The notes under the pieces are model-generated. The model ran no database searches, had not been told where the DNA came from, and was given only the letters and a program-made list of their open reading frames with translations. Positions 40,909-51,988 of a DNA stretch of 64,000 bases are shown here, piece after piece. The DNA lies in assembly GCA_002010065.2 (NCBI GenBank), contig MTMD02000001.1, positions 32,001 to 96,000 on the forward strand, read 5' to 3'. Origin of the DNA: Candidatus Pyrohabitans jungbluthii (GTDB lineage Archaea; Hydrothermarchaeota; Hydrothermarchaeia; Hydrothermarchaeales; BMS3B). Every line of letters starts with the position of its first letter. Position 1 is the first letter of the stretch. The position numbers were made by a program, and so were the translations under genes.

Positions 40909-41774
40909 CGCAAGGAATCTGAGAACTCCCTGAACCTCGCCCTCGCAACCTCCTTGCCCTTTGACGTTATCACGTACATTTTACCTCTCCCTTTGTGGAA
41001 GGATTCCTGCTTTATAAGCCCCTCCTCAGCCAACTCATGCAGAAGTGGGTAAACCATGCCCTGACTCACAAGCACACCGTAGCGATGGAATATGGTTTTG
41101 ATGATATTGTAACCATGCATTGGCTCCTGCATTAGTATGGAAAGGATTATTAAATCCAGAAACTTTTTCACCAGGCTCTCGGTTATCTCAGCGGAGATTA
41201 TCTCGATTCGCCTTTCTTGCGCCTCTCCAGAAACAACGAGGGGTGCGATTACTGTTTTCTCTGCATCAGCCGAAACCACCACTAAGCTGTATAGTCTCAG
41301 AATCTGTTCTAGGAATTCGCTGTCCACCGCCTCGACATTGAAGCAGGTGACAAATGTAGCTTCAGGAAACCTGCCAAATAAATCTTCGAGTACTGAAATA
41401 AACTCTCTGCGCAGGAGATAGCCTGGAGAAGTATCAAAATCGAGAACCGCAGCGCCTCTTTTGTGCTCTATTAAAAATTTTTCAAGGGCTCTGCTAAGGT
41501 TTTGAAGGGTGTTCTCAGCCTTTGCCACCGACTTCTTTATGCCCATTTCATAAATCCTCAGGTTACCTCTGACCCCAAGCTCAACCGCACTCTCCACAAA
41601 GGCGTAAGAATAGAATACACCCTTATTTTCAGATAAACCTGCTTTAACAAAAGCTCTCACCGCTTCCTGCTTATCAAGTTTTGAATCATAGAGAAAAAGC
41701 ACTTTATCTCCATCTGCAATGTTTTTAAACACAAACACTTTACTTTTTACAGGAAAAACCAAAAACTTCTTCAT
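40866..41774 (-). CDS. PadR-family regulator with N-terminal MEDS/RecA-like sensor domain
   Basis: EPMHGYNII...GMVYPLLHELAEEGLI...KMYVITSKG. Confidence 0.8.
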   Translation of the reverse strand: MKKFLVFPVKSKVFVFKNIADGDKVLFLYDSKLDKQEAVRAFVKAGLSENKGVFYSYAFVESAVELGVRGNLRIYEMGIKKSVAKAENTLQNLSRALEKFLIEHKRGAAVLDFDTSPGYLLRREFISVLEDLFGRFPEATFVTCFNVEAVDSEFLEQILRLYSLVVVSADAEKTVIAPLVVSGEAQERRIEIISAEITESLVKKFLDLIILSILMQEPMHGYNIIKTIFHRYGVLVSQGMVYPLLHELAEEGLIKQESFHKGRGKMYVITSKGKEVARARFREFSDSLRYLLSVIGGSSMSP

Positions 41775-41825
41775 GCAAATTATATATCAACACAGAAGAT
41801 TATAAAATTTTCTCATTATTGAGAC

Positions 41826-42434
41826 TTAGGCTGAGAAATTACTGCCCAGCTCCTCAAGCTTCCTGCGGAGTTCACTCTCCTTTATCGCAACCGTAACCTC
41901 GCCCAGAGTGCGCTCCATTATCATCCTGGCAACGTCCTGCTTGCGCTTTATCGCCACGATGGCGCTTGGATAAACAAGAGAGTTAAGCTCGTGGGTTATC
42001 TCATCCATAATATCAAGAAGACGCTCTATCTCGCTCAGCCTATCCTCGCGAAGCAGGTCTAAAATTCGCCTCCTGAGTTCGCCCACCACATCCGCCAAGC
42101 CAAGGAGGTACCACTCAGGAGGCACGCGAAGCTCTCTATGCGAGGGCACATCTTCGCCGCGCAGGAGGCACAGCGTAAGCCTTGCCTCCACGTACTCCTG
42201 CACAGCCTCCTGAAGCAAGCTAAACCTGAAGTCGTCCTCAGCAAGCATGGAAATTAGCTTCTCTGCCTCGTGGAGAAGCTCCTCCGCAGCTTCATACTGG
42301 CTGCGATGAAGCTCACGTAGAGCCTTTGTAGCCAGCCTCCTTATCTCCCGCCCTAAGCTAAAGACCTCCTCACGTCGAGCATCCTTGATGTCGAGCTCTT
42401 TCTTTATATCTGCCATTATCTCCTTTATACCCAT
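41826..42434 (-). CDS. translin-family protein
   Basis: QEYVEA, YLLGLADVVGELRR and KRKQDVAR motifs. Confidence 0.88.
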   Translation of the reverse strand: MGIKEIMADIKKELDIKDARREEVFSLGREIRRLATKALRELHRSQYEAAEELLHEAEKLISMLAEDDFRFSLLQEAVQEYVEARLTLCLLRGEDVPSHRELRVPPEWYLLGLADVVGELRRRILDLLREDRLSEIERLLDIMDEITHELNSLVYPSAIVAIKRKQDVARMIMERTLGEVTVAIKESELRRKLEELGSNFSA

Positions 42435-42440
42435 GACGCT

Positions 42441-43352
42441 TCATCCCTTTTTAATAAGAAAAACTTTGCTGTCCCGCGAGGCGTCGACCACCTCATAGCC
42501 TGTGGCCTCGGCAAGGGCTCTCGCAAAGGCTTCTACCTCCTCATAGCTCGGCATATCCTCGCGTCTCAAGCGGCGCCGGGAGTAGCCAACGTGCACATAA
42601 CCTTTAGCTTCCACGAAATCAGGCTCCGCTCGCTCTATGAGCGGGACAAAGGCTTCAGGCGCCTCCAGGTTGTAACCGCGCACCAGGGTTATGCGTACAA
42701 CCTTCCTGCTTCTGCTCTGGGAGAATACCTCAAGACTGTGCATTAGGCGCTGCCATCCATCTCGAACTCGCGGAGCGTTAATCCTGCGGTAAAGCTCCTC
42801 ATTATAGGCAATAAGAGAGAGGTAGAGGCTGGTAGGGCGAACCTCTGCAATTCGCTCAGGGTTCATGCCGTTGGTCACAAGGAAGGTGGTCATTCCGCGT
42901 CGATGGAATGCTTCGATTAGCTCTCCTATGTACGGATAGTTCGTGGGTTCGCCAGCGAGGGAGATTGCCACGTGCTTGGGCGAGTAGGCTTCTTCCATCT
43001 CCTGCCTGGTGACACGCTCCCTCTCGCCCCAGTAGCCGCTGAGCAACGCGCGTTGAGCCTTAATCGCCTCCTCCACTATAAACTCTGGCTCGTCGTACTC
43101 GCCCTGCATCTCCGCGCCCAGAGTGTGCTCCACGGGGCGCCAGCAGAAGAGACAGGAGTGCTGGCACCACGCCACGCTGGGCGTCATCTGCAGACAGCGG
43201 TGCGAGGCTATGCCGTAAAACCTGGATTTATAGCAGGAACGCTTTCTGAGGAGGCGTTCTTTGGTCCAGTGGCATACCTTGACCGCAGAGTGCCTGCCCA
43301 CTATGCGATAGCTCTGCTTCTCCAGAATCGTCTTAACCTCAGGTGTCAGCAT
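42441..43352 (-). CDS. taw1: tRNA 4-demethylwyosine synthase (radical SAM)
   Basis: HSAVKVCHW, CYKSRFYGI.SHRC, CQHSCLFCWR and ISLAGEPT motifs. Confidence 0.94.
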   Translation of the reverse strand: MLTPEVKTILEKQSYRIVGRHSAVKVCHWTKERLLRKRSCYKSRFYGIASHRCLQMTPSVAWCQHSCLFCWRPVEHTLGAEMQGEYDEPEFIVEEAIKAQRALLSGYWGERERVTRQEMEEAYSPKHVAISLAGEPTNYPYIGELIEAFHRRGMTTFLVTNGMNPERIAEVRPTSLYLSLIAYNEELYRRINAPRVRDGWQRLMHSLEVFSQSRSRKVVRITLVRGYNLEAPEAFVPLIERAEPDFVEAKGYVHVGYSRRRLRREDMPSYEEVEAFARALAEATGYEVVDASRDSKVFLIKKG

Positions 43353-43396
43353 GATTTTTATACTTAAGGTTAACGTCTTAGCATAATGCGATACCC

Positions 43397-44320
43397 ATGA
43401 GCTTCGAGGAGATTGCAACAAGGGCGAGGAAAGCGCTGGTGATAGGCATTGGAGGGGGAGGCGACATAATAGGCTGCATCCCCACAGCGAGGTACCTCTC
43501 TTTCCTGGGCGTTGAGGTTATACTCGGCGGGCTCACCTGGGAGCGGAGGGTGGTGGACCCAAAGCCAGGACCCAGGCGTATAGATGAGCTGGAGAACTGC
43601 ACCCCCATCTGTACTGCCATGGCGCTGGCAAATTCTCGCACAAAAACGAGTTACGGTACCCCTCTTACGGAGAGCGTAGCTTCAGAGGTGCTTGGCGAAG
43701 AGGTAGTGCTTCTGGACATAAACGGCGGCGCTATAGCTACGGCTGAGGCGCTTCGCTGCGCCATTGAAAAGCTTGGAATAGATATGGTCGTGGGCATAGA
43801 CGTAGGAGGCGATTCCCTTGCAAAGGGGGATGAACGCGGAGTTCAGAGCCCTCTCGCGGATGGGATAATGCTCGCCGCACTGGCGAAGCTTCCCGTTCCA
43901 AGCCTTCTGGGGGTAATAGGCTACGGCAGCGACGGCGAGCTTACAATTGAGGAGCTTCACCGCAACGTGGCTGCGTTAATTGAAAAAGGCGCATTACTTG
44001 GGGCAAGGGGCGCCACGAGGGAAGACTTGGAGATTATGGAAAAAATAGCCTCTGCAACTGCCACAGAGGCTTCCAAGCTGGTAGTTGAGGCAGGGAAGGG
44101 GAGATACGGAGCGTATAAAATCAGAAAGGACTCGCGCAGCGTTTATCTCACACCCTGTGCGCTTGTAACCTTCTACTTCTCTTCCAAGCATGTGTTTGAG
44201 TTCAGCAGAATAGCTCAGCTAATCGCATACACAGAATCCCTAAAGGAGGCTGACGAAATTCTGAGAAGTCATGGTTACCTGACTGAGCTTTACTTTGAGG
44301 AGGGTGACGCAAAAATTTAA
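43397..44320 (+). CDS. DUF1152-family protein
   Basis: GIGGGGD, DVGGD, SPLAD and GSDGEL motifs. Confidence 0.8.
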   Translation: MSFEEIATRARKALVIGIGGGGDIIGCIPTARYLSFLGVEVILGGLTWERRVVDPKPGPRRIDELENCTPICTAMALANSRTKTSYGTPLTESVASEVLGEEVVLLDINGGAIATAEALRCAIEKLGIDMVVGIDVGGDSLAKGDERGVQSPLADGIMLAALAKLPVPSLLGVIGYGSDGELTIEELHRNVAALIEKGALLGARGATREDLEIMEKIASATATEASKLVVEAGKGRYGAYKIRKDSRSVYLTPCALVTFYFSSKHVFEFSRIAQLIAYTESLKEADEILRSHGYLTELYFEEGDAKI

Positions 44321-44345
44321 TACCCGTAGCAACCTTCTAATTACT

Positions 44346-44495
44346 ATGAAGCGCGAGCTTGTGGGCATACTCACGAGGAGCGAGAATCAGCCTGCGCTCA
44401 AGGATGAAGAAGGCAAGATACGCTTAATTTACAACCTGTTCGACGGGCTAAGCGGAAAGAAGATTAGGGTTACAGTGGAGACCCTTGAAGACTAA
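44346..44495 (+). CDS. small hypothetical protein (49 aa)
   Basis: MKRELVGILTRSENQPALKDEEGKIRLIYNLFDGLSGKKIRVTVETLED; TATA-like TTTAAT upstream. Confidence 0.5.
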   Translation: MKRELVGILTRSENQPALKDEEGKIRLIYNLFDGLSGKKIRVTVETLED

Positions 44496-44860
44496 CCAGC
44501 GCCTCCACTGCGCGAGGCGCGGGCGCGAATGGCTTCCTGAATTTTCGCCTGAAGTTCCTTGAGGCGAGAGGTTACTTTCTCCTCCTGGCGCTTTAGCGTA
44601 TTTATCCTGAGCTCCAGCGTCTCCTTCCTGTCTTTGAGTTCCGCCTCTACCTTGCCCTTCTCACTCTTTATGAGCAGGTTGCCCACACTCTTGTAGACCT
44701 CGGCATCTTCGCCGAGCTTCTGCACCTCCTCCAGAGCGCGGGTAACCTCCTTGAGCTGGAGCTCAATCTGCAGCCTCTGCGTGGCTATTGCCTCAGCCTG
44801 CTGCTGAAGCTGCTGAAACTGGGCAAGCTGATGCTGAAGTTGTGGGGGTATCTGCTCCAT
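44492..44860 (-). CDS. pfdB: prefoldin beta subunit
   Basis: IPPQLQ...VYKSVGNLLIK; superoperon position. Confidence 0.94.
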   Translation of the reverse strand: MEQIPPQLQHQLAQFQQLQQQAEAIATQRLQIELQLKEVTRALEEVQKLGEDAEVYKSVGNLLIKSEKGKVEAELKDRKETLELRINTLKRQEEKVTSRLKELQAKIQEAIRARASRSGGAG

Positions 44861-44863
44861 TTC

Positions 44864-45112
44864 TCAACCTCCGGTTAGCTGAATCGCAAGTTTGAGCCAG
44901 CGCATGAAAGATGAGAGCGAAGCTCTCAGAGATGCGGCGTCGCGAGCGCAAACCTCGAGTATTATCTTGCTGCCCTCTCTTTTAAAGGTTGCCCTGGCTC
45001 TATTCGATGGCGACGCACTCACCTCAGGCAGCACCGCTGCATGCACCACCTCTGCCTGAGCCTCTGTATCGAAGCTTATCTTAATCCTCGCCTCTCCCGA
45101 GCGCATCCTCAA
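44864..45112 (-). CDS. pcc1: KEOPS subunit Pcc1
   Basis: PEV...RA...ARDAASLRASLSSFMRW. Confidence 0.88.
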   Translation of the reverse strand: MRMRSGEARIKISFDTEAQAEVVHAAVLPEVSASPSNRARATFKREGSKIILEVCARDAASLRASLSSFMRWLKLAIQLTGG

Positions 45113-45515
45113 TCACCTTCTCCACGTTGAACTCCGGTCCATCTCGCAGCATAAGCGAGGTGCCGCGCTGCATTACGATGCCCTCTTCCACACCCAGAGC
45201 ATGAGCAAGCTTGGCGGCAAGCTCTCCCTGCGTAGAGTAGCCGTACCTGCGTTTAATCTCCCGCGTAAGCATCGCGCGGCTCAGCTTCAGAGCGAGCACG
45301 CGAGAGCGGGATCGGTAAACCTCAATAAGCGAAGGGTTCCCCCGCCTCTCCTTGATCATGACCAGGCGGTCTTCTTCGCTAGGTACGAGGGAGAAGATAT
45401 ACTCAAGGTTCGCCTTACCCCGCGTGAGATAAGCCGCACCAATAGCTTTGGCAACGTCTCTGCTAAAGCTGCGAGTGCGCGGCGATGGCTTGCGCGAGGT
45501 GGTAACTAATATCAT
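45081..45515 (-). CDS. Brix-domain (Imp4-like) protein
   Basis: MILVTTSRKPSPRTRSF, RGK and GNP motifs. Confidence 0.88.
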   Translation of the reverse strand: MILVTTSRKPSPRTRSFSRDVAKAIGAAYLTRGKANLEYIFSLVPSEEDRLVMIKERRGNPSLIEVYRSRSRVLALKLSRAMLTREIKRRYGYSTQGELAAKLAHALGVEEGIVMQRGTSLMLRDGPEFNVEKVIEDALGRGED

Positions 45516-45517
45516 CC

Positions 45518-45649
45518 TCAGCGAGCTTTAACCCGCTTCACAACGCTTGAGCGAACCTTGAATAATATCTTATAGCCACAGAAGGGGCAGCGCACTGGCT
45601 CATCCTTCGCTAGCTCTACCTCGCGCTGACAGCTACCACAGCGGTACAT
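45518..45649 (-). CDS. rpoP: RNA polymerase subunit P (Rpo12), absent from ORF track
   Basis: Manual translation MYRCGSCQREVELAKDEPVRCPFCGYKIIFKVRSSVVKRVKAR. Confidence 0.93.
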   Translation of the reverse strand: MYRCGSCQREVELAKDEPVRCPFCGYKILFKVRSSVVKRVKAR

Positions 45650-45651
45650 GC

Positions 45652-45918
45652 TCACTCACCTGCCGCCTTCTTCACAGCGCGCTCCACTGTAAGCGCCGCC
45701 GCTGTCTGCGGAACATAGGCGCCACCAGTAAACTTTGCACCGCACTTTCGGCATGCCCATATCCCTGAAGCCACGCGCTTCACAGCGCGTCGCTGGCACA
45801 CTGGGCAGGTGTGGCGGAGCCGCTGCTTCCTGTCTATCTCAAGCCACTTCTTTCTCAAGCGCATTCCATAGCGGGGTCCAAATTTACCAGCAGACCCAAC
45901 TTTCTTTGTCCTTCCCAT
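45652..45918 (-). CDS. rpl37ae: 50S ribosomal protein L37Ae (eL43)
   Basis: TKKVGSAGKFGPRYG, CPVC...GIWACRKC, FTGGAY. Confidence 0.96.
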   Translation of the reverse strand: MGRTKKVGSAGKFGPRYGMRLRKKWLEIDRKQRLRHTCPVCQRRAVKRVASGIWACRKCGAKFTGGAYVPQTAAALTVERAVKKAAGE

Positions 45919-45923
45919 GAGAA

Positions 45924-46718
45924 TCACCCGGGTATGTGCTTTCTGAGAAATTCCGCCTTCTCTCTCCCCCGCCTAACGATGTCAAGGATTTCCTCCTGAG
46001 TAAAGGTGCCACTCCCACCCTTCTGCATCGCCACTATTTCGCCGCGCTCGTTGTAGCCTATGGTGAGCCTAGCATCGAGCACCTCTTCCTCCTCAAGGCA
46101 GGGGTCTACCACTATGTGCCCGCCTATCTTCGCAAAGGTCACCTCCACCGGGGTGTCCACTATTGGAAGCTTCTCCTCCGTCTTGGTCTTGTAATCTATC
46201 CTGCCGTTCTCCTCCAGCTTCGGAAAGACCGCATTCTTCAGCGCGGCAATTGCTCCCAAGGTGCAGGCATCGAAGAGGTTGCCGTCGTAGTCAAGGGGGT
46301 GGAGGTCTATAAACACTATCCAGACAAGTTCTCCCTCCTTTATGCACAGCTTCTCCATGTCTATGCACTGGGACTCGCGTATTGCGCGGTCAACCACGCG
46401 TGCTAATTCAACTGTATCCTCGTCTGGCGGGCCACGCTCAAAGCTAGGGCTTGCCAGGGGTATAAGCTCAGCGTTGGTGGTGAGCACACCCGAGTCTGGC
46501 ATATCCGGGAAGGGCTCGCCTACCGCAAGTTTAACCCCAACCATTACCTGGGTCTTTCCAAGCTTCACCAAAGCCGAACCCTCAGCGCGCTGGTTTATGC
46601 CAACCTCAACGCTTAGCTCGCGATACTCGTCAAAAGCCCTGCCATCCACGCGCTTGCCGCTATTGAGAAGGTTGACAATGTGGTCCCGCTTAACGTCAGC
46701 GATAATCTCCTGTCGCAT
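45924..46718 (-). CDS. rrp42: exosome subunit Rrp42
   Basis: RVDGR, AEGSA, ELARVVDRAIRES and DGNLFDA motifs. Confidence 0.95.
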   Translation of the reverse strand: MRQEIIADVKRDHIVNLLNSGKRVDGRAFDEYRELSVEVGINQRAEGSALVKLGKTQVMVGVKLAVGEPFPDMPDSGVLTTNAELIPLASPSFERGPPDEDTVELARVVDRAIRESQCIDMEKLCIKEGELVWIVFIDLHPLDYDGNLFDACTLGAIAALKNAVFPKLEENGRIDYKTKTEEKLPIVDTPVEVTFAKIGGHIVVDPCLEEEEVLDARLTIGYNERGEIVAMQKGGSGTFTQEEILDIVRRGREKAEFLRKHIPG

Positions 46719-47440
46719 TACTCGCTACCTCCATATCTCTTTCTCAGTGCTTCCTTCTGCTTCTCGTAAACCTGCATGCAGCCCTTAACCGCCAGCTTAA
46801 AAGCCTGCTCAAACTCTTCCTGGGTTAAGTTGCCGTCCATCTGAAGCAGGCTCACCTCGCCAGTGCGTGGCACTATAGCTACTGGCAAATCAGCCTCACC
46901 GTAGTTATCCTCGATGTCAAAGAGGTCAAGCACTATGTGTCCACCCACCTTGCCTGCGGCGCACGCTGGCACGAGGTCTTTCATGGGTATTCCCGCATCG
47001 GCTAAAGCAACGCTTGCGGCGGTTATGCCAGCGCACCTAGTGCCTGCCTGCGCTTGAAGGATTTCTATGAACACATCTATGGCAGTCATGGGATAGAGGT
47101 GGGTGAAGACCACGCTCTCCAGAGCCTGCCTTGTCACCTTTGAAATCTCCATGCTTCGCCTATCCGGACCAGGGCGCTTGCGCTCGTAAACTGAGAAGGG
47201 AGCCATGCTGTAGTATGTGCGCAGCACTGCTCGCTGAGGGTTTGCCTCGTGGCGGGGGTGAATCTCTCTCGGACCGTAGCATGCCGCAAGTACCTTATTT
47301 CCACCCCACTCAACATAAGCTGAGCCATCTGCGCGCTTGAGCACGCCCGCCTCGATCTTCAAAGGTCTCAGCTCATCAACGCGCCTTCCATCCAGGCGCC
47401 TTCCATCTATAATAAACTCTTCTGGTTCACCTACCTTCAT
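46718..47440 (-). CDS. rrp41: exosome subunit Rrp41
   Basis: RLDGR, ADGSA, GPRE, AGTRCA and EADLPVA motifs. Confidence 0.95.
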   Translation of the reverse strand: MKVGEPEEFIIDGRRLDGRRVDELRPLKIEAGVLKRADGSAYVEWGGNKVLAACYGPREIHPRHEANPQRAVLRTYYSMAPFSVYERKRPGPDRRSMEISKVTRQALESVVFTHLYPMTAIDVFIEILQAQAGTRCAGITAASVALADAGIPMKDLVPACAAGKVGGHIVLDLFDIEDNYGEADLPVAIVPRTGEVSLLQMDGNLTQEEFEQAFKLAVKGCMQVYEKQKEALRKRYGGSE

Positions 47441-48110
47441 ACTTTTCCCTCTCTCTAACAATCATCTCTTTTATCCTGTCGGTTAAGCCTGAGGTGTGAG
47501 CCTCTGCTTCAATCTTCTTCACAGCGCGCTCCACAAGGTCTGCGATCTCCGGCTTAGCCTTTATCCACACCAAGCCATTCTGCCCAACAAGCATCCTGCA
47601 CCCCGTCTCTTTAACTATCATAGAAATCATGGAGCGCTTTCTTCCTATCACGCGAGGCACCTTCGCTGGGGAAATCTCCACCAAGCGACCACCCTTAATT
47701 ACACGGCAACCACGCTGGCGCATAGTGATGTAAATCCTCCTGTGAGGCGTAACCTCGCGCACGTAGGCGTAGATCACTGTACCTGGGCTCATCACCTGGC
47801 GCAGGGGGGTACGGAAGGGGTCAACCTCGCGGTAGTAGTCGCTGGCGTTGAGTATAGCTGAGTATGGGCAGTTTATGTCCACCTCCCATGCGGTCTCGTA
47901 GACGGTGCCCACCACTGTGCCTATTACAAAGTCCCCAACCTTGGGGTAGTACCTTCCCGTGAGGGGGATAACCCTAACCTTTCCCTTTGTGGTATCCAGA
48001 AGTCCAAGAACTGAAGCATAAACCCTGTCGCCGTCGCGATAAACGCCTTCGCCGACCTTCACCTTACCCTGTGCAACTTCTTCACCTGGTATCACAAGCT
48101 TTCTTTCCAT
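47427..48110 (-). CDS. rrp4: exosome RNA-binding subunit Rrp4
   Basis: VIPGE, YYPKVGD, VPRVIG, GQNGLVW and HTSGLTD motifs. Confidence 0.95.
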   Translation of the reverse strand: MERKLVIPGEEVAQGKVKVGEGVYRDGDRVYASVLGLLDTTKGKVRVIPLTGRYYPKVGDFVIGTVVGTVYETAWEVDINCPYSAILNASDYYREVDPFRTPLRQVMSPGTVIYAYVREVTPHRRIYITMRQRGCRVIKGGRLVEISPAKVPRVIGRKRSMISMIVKETGCRMLVGQNGLVWIKAKPEIADLVERAVKKIEAEAHTSGLTDRIKEMIVREREKYEGR

Positions 48111-48119
48111 GCGCAGACC

Positions 48120-48812
48120 TCACAACATCCTCGTCTCAAAATCGCCCTTTGTAAGCGCGTTTAGTTCACGGAAAAGCTCGTCCACTGCGCCAGCGGGGAG
48201 CTTCATCACAAACGCCCATGAGCCGTCCTTCAGCCACTCCTCCTTCTCGGGCTTGCCAAATTTTATAACAACTGGATAAGCCTTTGCAGCGTAATTCGCA
48301 GGGATCTTTACGGCGAACCTACGCTCCTCAAATTTTATGGGAAGCAAGGGGCGGAGAGCCTTTATTATCGCAGGTATCTGCTCTTCAGCGCTCTTGTGGA
48401 TGTCTATGTTCACCCTCGCCTCTTCCAGCGCCTTCTCAATACGCTGGGGCGGGTGAGGTGTGCCCGTCTGCGGGTTTATCGCATGCCTAGCGATGTAGTT
48501 AACTATCTGCCTGCGCCGCTGCTCCTGCATCTTCCTGCGCTGCTCTGTGGTAAGCTGAATCTCGCCCTTCCTTATAATCTTACGCACAGCTTCCTCAAAG
48601 GAGTTCACCTGCAGCAGCTTAAGCGCATGCTCCAGCGAAGCCTTATCCCCGCGTCTGGCATCCTTAAAAATGGTGTCCACTGCTAAGAGCTTCTCAAAGT
48701 CCACGTCCTTACCCTGCTTCACCTCAAGGGCGAGATCAGGATCAACCAGAATCTCAAAACGCTCGCCCCTCGTCTCGAGGCGAGCTATCACCGCCTCATC
48801 GAGGCTGACCAT
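48120..48812 (-). CDS. ribosome maturation factor SBDS/Sdo1
   Basis: [18 protein letters not shown] and PHPPQRIE motifs. Confidence 0.94.
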   Translation of the reverse strand: MVSLDEAVIARLETRGERFEILVDPDLALEVKQGKDVDFEKLLAVDTIFKDARRGDKASLEHALKLLQVNSFEEAVRKIIRKGEIQLTTEQRRKMQEQRRRQIVNYIARHAINPQTGTPHPPQRIEKALEEARVNIDIHKSAEEQIPAIIKALRPLLPIKFEERRFAVKIPANYAAKAYPVVIKFGKPEKEEWLKDGSWAFVMKLPAGAVDELFRELNALTKGDFETRML

Positions 48813-48817
48813 TGGCG

Positions 48818-49570
48818 TTACTCCTCTTCTTCCTTCTCTGTCTTCTTAGGTACCTTCTCTATGTACGCCTTAACCTCCTGAGGGGTGAACTTCCTGAATT
48901 CATGCGTTGAAAGCTCAACCACAGCCATGTCAATGGATGTCTCACTCATCTTACCATCGGTGACCTCATTCATTATCTTGAGTGCAAGGTCTATCGCCTC
49001 ATCCTTCGTTAAATCATCGCGGTACTCGTTCTCAAATATCTCCATCGCCGTGCTCCTGCCGGCGCCTATCGCCGTTGCCTTGTACTCAATCAGCGCTCCA
49101 CTTGGGTCTGTCTCAAAGAGGCGCGGGGCTTCGTTCACGCCTGCGATGAGCAGGGCGATACCAAAGGGTCTAACCCCTCCGTGTTGGGTGTAAAGTTGCT
49201 TGAAGTCGCATATCTTCTTGGCGAGCAGCTCCACATCTATGGGCTCGCCATAGGTTATGCGATGCACCTGGCATTCAACGCGTGCCCTGTCAACAAGAAC
49301 ACGCGCATCGGCAACCAAACCAGAGGTTGCGGCGGCGATGTTATCATCAATCTGAAAAATCTTCTCTATACTCCTCGCCTCCACGAGCTTGGAGGTAATG
49401 CGCTTATCCACAGCAAGGAGAACGCCGTCGCTGTACCTTATTCCCAGCGAGGTGGTGCCACGCTTCACCGCCTCCCTCGCATACTCTACCTGAAATAGCC
49501 TTCCGTCAGGGCTGAACACAGTGATAGCCCTGTCATAACCCATGCTCGGCATTGGTTGCATCTTCTTCAC
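48818..49570 (-). CDS. psmA: proteasome alpha subunit
   Basis: [20 protein letters not shown]. Confidence 0.97.
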   Translation of the reverse strand: MKKMQPMPSMGYDRAITVFSPDGRLFQVEYAREAVKRGTTSLGIRYSDGVLLAVDKRITSKLVEARSIEKIFQIDDNIAAATSGLVADARVLVDRARVECQVHRITYGEPIDVELLAKKICDFKQLYTQHGGVRPFGIALLIAGVNEAPRLFETDPSGALIEYKATAIGAGRSTAMEIFENEYRDDLTKDEAIDLALKIMNEVTDGKMSETSIDMAVVELSTHEFRKFTPQEVKAYIEKVPKKTEKEEEE

Positions 49571-50084
49571 CTCTCAAATCACTTTTTGTGACCCCGATAA
49601 ACCTCATCTTCTGAAACTTTAACCTCTCAATGAGCTCCTCATCACGAGGCAGGGCATCAACCCTTTCTCCACTTTCCCTAACAACTACAAACTCCTTGCC
49701 CTTAAACTTTACTGTCCTCTCAGAATTTATAAAGTGTCTCCTCCTATTTAAAAACTTCCTCTTGAGCGCCTTCACTGTACCGCTCACGCCCAGGCTGCGA
49801 AGGTGGACGCGGTCTCCCGAGATTTCCCCCACCAGACTGAGGGCGGCGATCACGTTAGCCACGCTGCGGTGGGAGCATACCACAAAGCCTTCCTGCGTGG
49901 CCTCGTCGAAGTCCAGCACAAAGAGGTTAAACTCCGCCACCTTGGTTTCGCCGAAGAGGGCGAGCGCTGAACTTACTATTGCTCTGGCCACTTCCTCCCT
50001 GCTGAAGGGGCGGTCGCTCTCCACGCAGAAGGCGACGTAGCGCTTTCTCTCCCTAAGCGCAGGTGGCAAGGCTTTAATCTTCAA
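49533..50084 (-). CDS. rnp2: RNase P protein Pop5/Rpp14 with C-terminal extension
   Basis: LPPALRERKRY and GVSGTVK motifs. Confidence 0.9.
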   Translation of the reverse strand: MKIKALPPALRERKRYVAFCVESDRPFSREEVARAIVSSALALFGETKVAEFNLFVLDFDEATQEGFVVCSHRSVANVIAALSLVGEISGDRVHLRSLGVSGTVKALKRKFLNRRRHFINSERTVKFKGKEFVVVRESGERVDALPRDEELIERLKFQKMRFIGVTKSDLRGEEDATNAEHGL

Positions 50085-50739
50085 CCAACCTCACCCCCTG
50101 CGCAATCTCGCGCTTCGCCAGCTTTTTCTTTTCCAGTATCTCCTCGGGCACCTCCTCAAGGGCGCGCCTCGCCTCTTCGCGGGTGAAGCCTATGCTCAGA
50201 AGCACCGCCTCCGCTTCCTTTGTGCTCCTGAGCCCATACCTGCTTTTAGCTCCTGAAGTTACCACAATATTGAAGTCGTACTTTCTGCTCAGCAGGAGTA
50301 TTCTGTGCACCTTCTGGAGGTGCCTTACCCTCGCAACACCCCTGGCTGCGATTATGCTGCTGAGATCAACCTCAATCGCCACGTGGTTCTGCGCCGCCTG
50401 CCTTGCAATCACAGCATCTACACCCGAGTCACGCCTTCCAAGGTAGGGATGAGCCAATATATCGACACGCGAATCACGAGTGGCAGCGCGATTGATCGCT
50501 GCCTCGCCACCGTGCACCACCACGTAGTCGAAGTTTCGCCAGCTGGTGCGGAGCGCCTTAATCAGAGCACGCTTACTATCCGCCTTTATCTCCACGCCTG
50601 AGAGAGCGTTGTCATAAGCTATGCCATCGCAGAGTCCCAGCCTTATCCCCAGGGTACGTGCCTCTTCAAGCAGCCTCGCAGGAGAGTCAACGCCTTTGGA
50701 ATTCAGTGAATGAACGCGCAGGTCTATGAACATCCTCAC
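50074..50739 (-). CDS. rnp3: RNase P protein Rpp30
   Basis: INRAA...VDILAHP and VTSGA motifs. Confidence 0.9.
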   Translation of the reverse strand: MRMFIDLRVHSLNSKGVDSPARLLEEARTLGIRLGLCDGIAYDNALSGVEIKADSKRALIKALRTSWRNFDYVVVHGGEAAINRAATRDSRVDILAHPYLGRRDSGVDAVIARQAAQNHVAIEVDLSSIIAARGVARVRHLQKVHRILLLSRKYDFNIVVTSGAKSRYGLRSTKEAEAVLLSIGFTREEARRALEEVPEEILEKKKLAKREIAQGVRLVED

Positions 50740-51158
50740 CGCCCGAGAAGTTTTTTAATCCCCTCCTTTATCTCGTCTTCGTTGTAGGGGTAGCTTGTAA
50801 CCACAAGCACAACCTGAAGCCCCTGCCCAAGGCGCAGCTTGCCAAGATATGCCTGCATCTTGTCCAGGCGAATGTAGAACCTGCCCTGCTCAAAGCGCTG
50901 CTCCACCTCTTCGCGCAGCCTCTTAAGCTCCTCCTCAGGTAGAGCTTCTGTTAGCCTCTTCAGAAAGGCGCGAATCTCGCGCTGCCTCGTTAGTTCTGCT
51001 TCCAGAATAGCTATGGGGTTGCCAAACTGACCCCTCGCGTGGCTCTGCTTAACCTCCACCTCTATGGGAAAAATGTTGGTGAGGGCAAGCTTTACCCTCT
51101 CCACCTCTTCGGTTGCGTGGGCGAAGCAGCTTGCCTTAACGCTGAGTACCCTCATCAC
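50736..51158 (-). CDS. exosome-operon RNA-binding protein (COG1325/DUF54)
   Basis: HATE, GQFGNPI and FYIRLDKM motifs. Confidence 0.88.
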   Translation of the reverse strand: MMRVLSVKASCFAHATEEVERVKLALTNIFPIEVEVKQSHARGQFGNPIAILEAELTRQREIRAFLKRLTEALPEEELKRLREEVEQRFEQGRFYIRLDKMQAYLGKLRLGQGLQVVLVVTSYPYNEDEIKEGIKKLLGR

Positions 51159-51739
51159 TTTCCTTTGCGCTGATGCGCCCTTATGCTGGGTCTGACCTTC
51201 TCAGCACCCTTACCTTTATTCCTCAGACCGCGGGAACGCTTGCCAGCGCTTGTAAGCCCGCGGAACACTCGCCCGCGGTGAGCCTTGCCAGCGATCCAGC
51301 ATAGCTCTTTATCATTGCGCACCGCCGGGTGGTGGGGGTCGACCATGATTACCTCAAAATACTCATACTTTCCGTCCTTACCAACCCAGTAGGAGTTGAG
51401 CACCTCCAGGTTTGGATACCTGCGCTGGGCACGTTCTTCCGCTAACCACTGCAATGACTTTTTAGGGGTGTACTTCACCACACCCATTCGCTTTGGCCTA
51501 CGTCCGGCGTTGGGGCGCTCCTTCCTGCGCCCGCCTTTGCGAATCCTAGCGCGAACAACAATTATACCCTGCTTTGCCTTGTAGCCCAGCGCCCTCGCGC
51601 GGTCTAAGCGAAGAGGCGCTGGAACACGCACCACGCTCGCGCCATGGTGCCACTCTGGCAACCGCTGGCGCATTAGCTGGTGAACATAACTTTCACTGGG
51701 TCTCTTCCACGCCTGCGCTATGTACTTGTATGCACCCAT
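51155..51739 (-). CDS. rpl15e: 50S ribosomal protein L15e
   Basis: [16 protein letters not shown] and RGLTSAG motifs. Confidence 0.97.
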   Translation of the reverse strand: MGAYKYIAQAWKRPSESYVHQLMRQRLPEWHHGASVVRVPAPLRLDRARALGYKAKQGIIVVRARIRKGGRRKERPNAGRRPKRMGVVKYTPKKSLQWLAEERAQRRYPNLEVLNSYWVGKDGKYEYFEVIMVDPHHPAVRNDKELCWIAGKAHRGRVFRGLTSAGKRSRGLRNKGKGAEKVRPSIRAHQRKGK

Positions 51740-51988
51740 TTTTTTCACCTTCAGAATTAGAGGATAAAAATCCGAGTCTTTCTAAACTGATGCGGTACCG
51801 TATATAAAGATTATTGAGAGGTGGAGATTGCTGTGATGAGGGTATGAGAATGAAAATATTAAATGGTTTTGGGAGCGGCATTGATGTTCTAACCAAAAAT
51901 CTCCCAATAAAGCGACCTTAGGTGCACTGATAGATAATAGATGGCTAAGATTAATTGAGAGGACTGCAGAGAACAGAACGGTTACAGA

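Noticed and set aside
51833-51930. Box C/D sRNA near nop5 (GTGATGA ... CTGA)
   Set aside because: Boxes are about 95 nt apart with no convincing D'/C' pair; too long for a typical archaeal guide.
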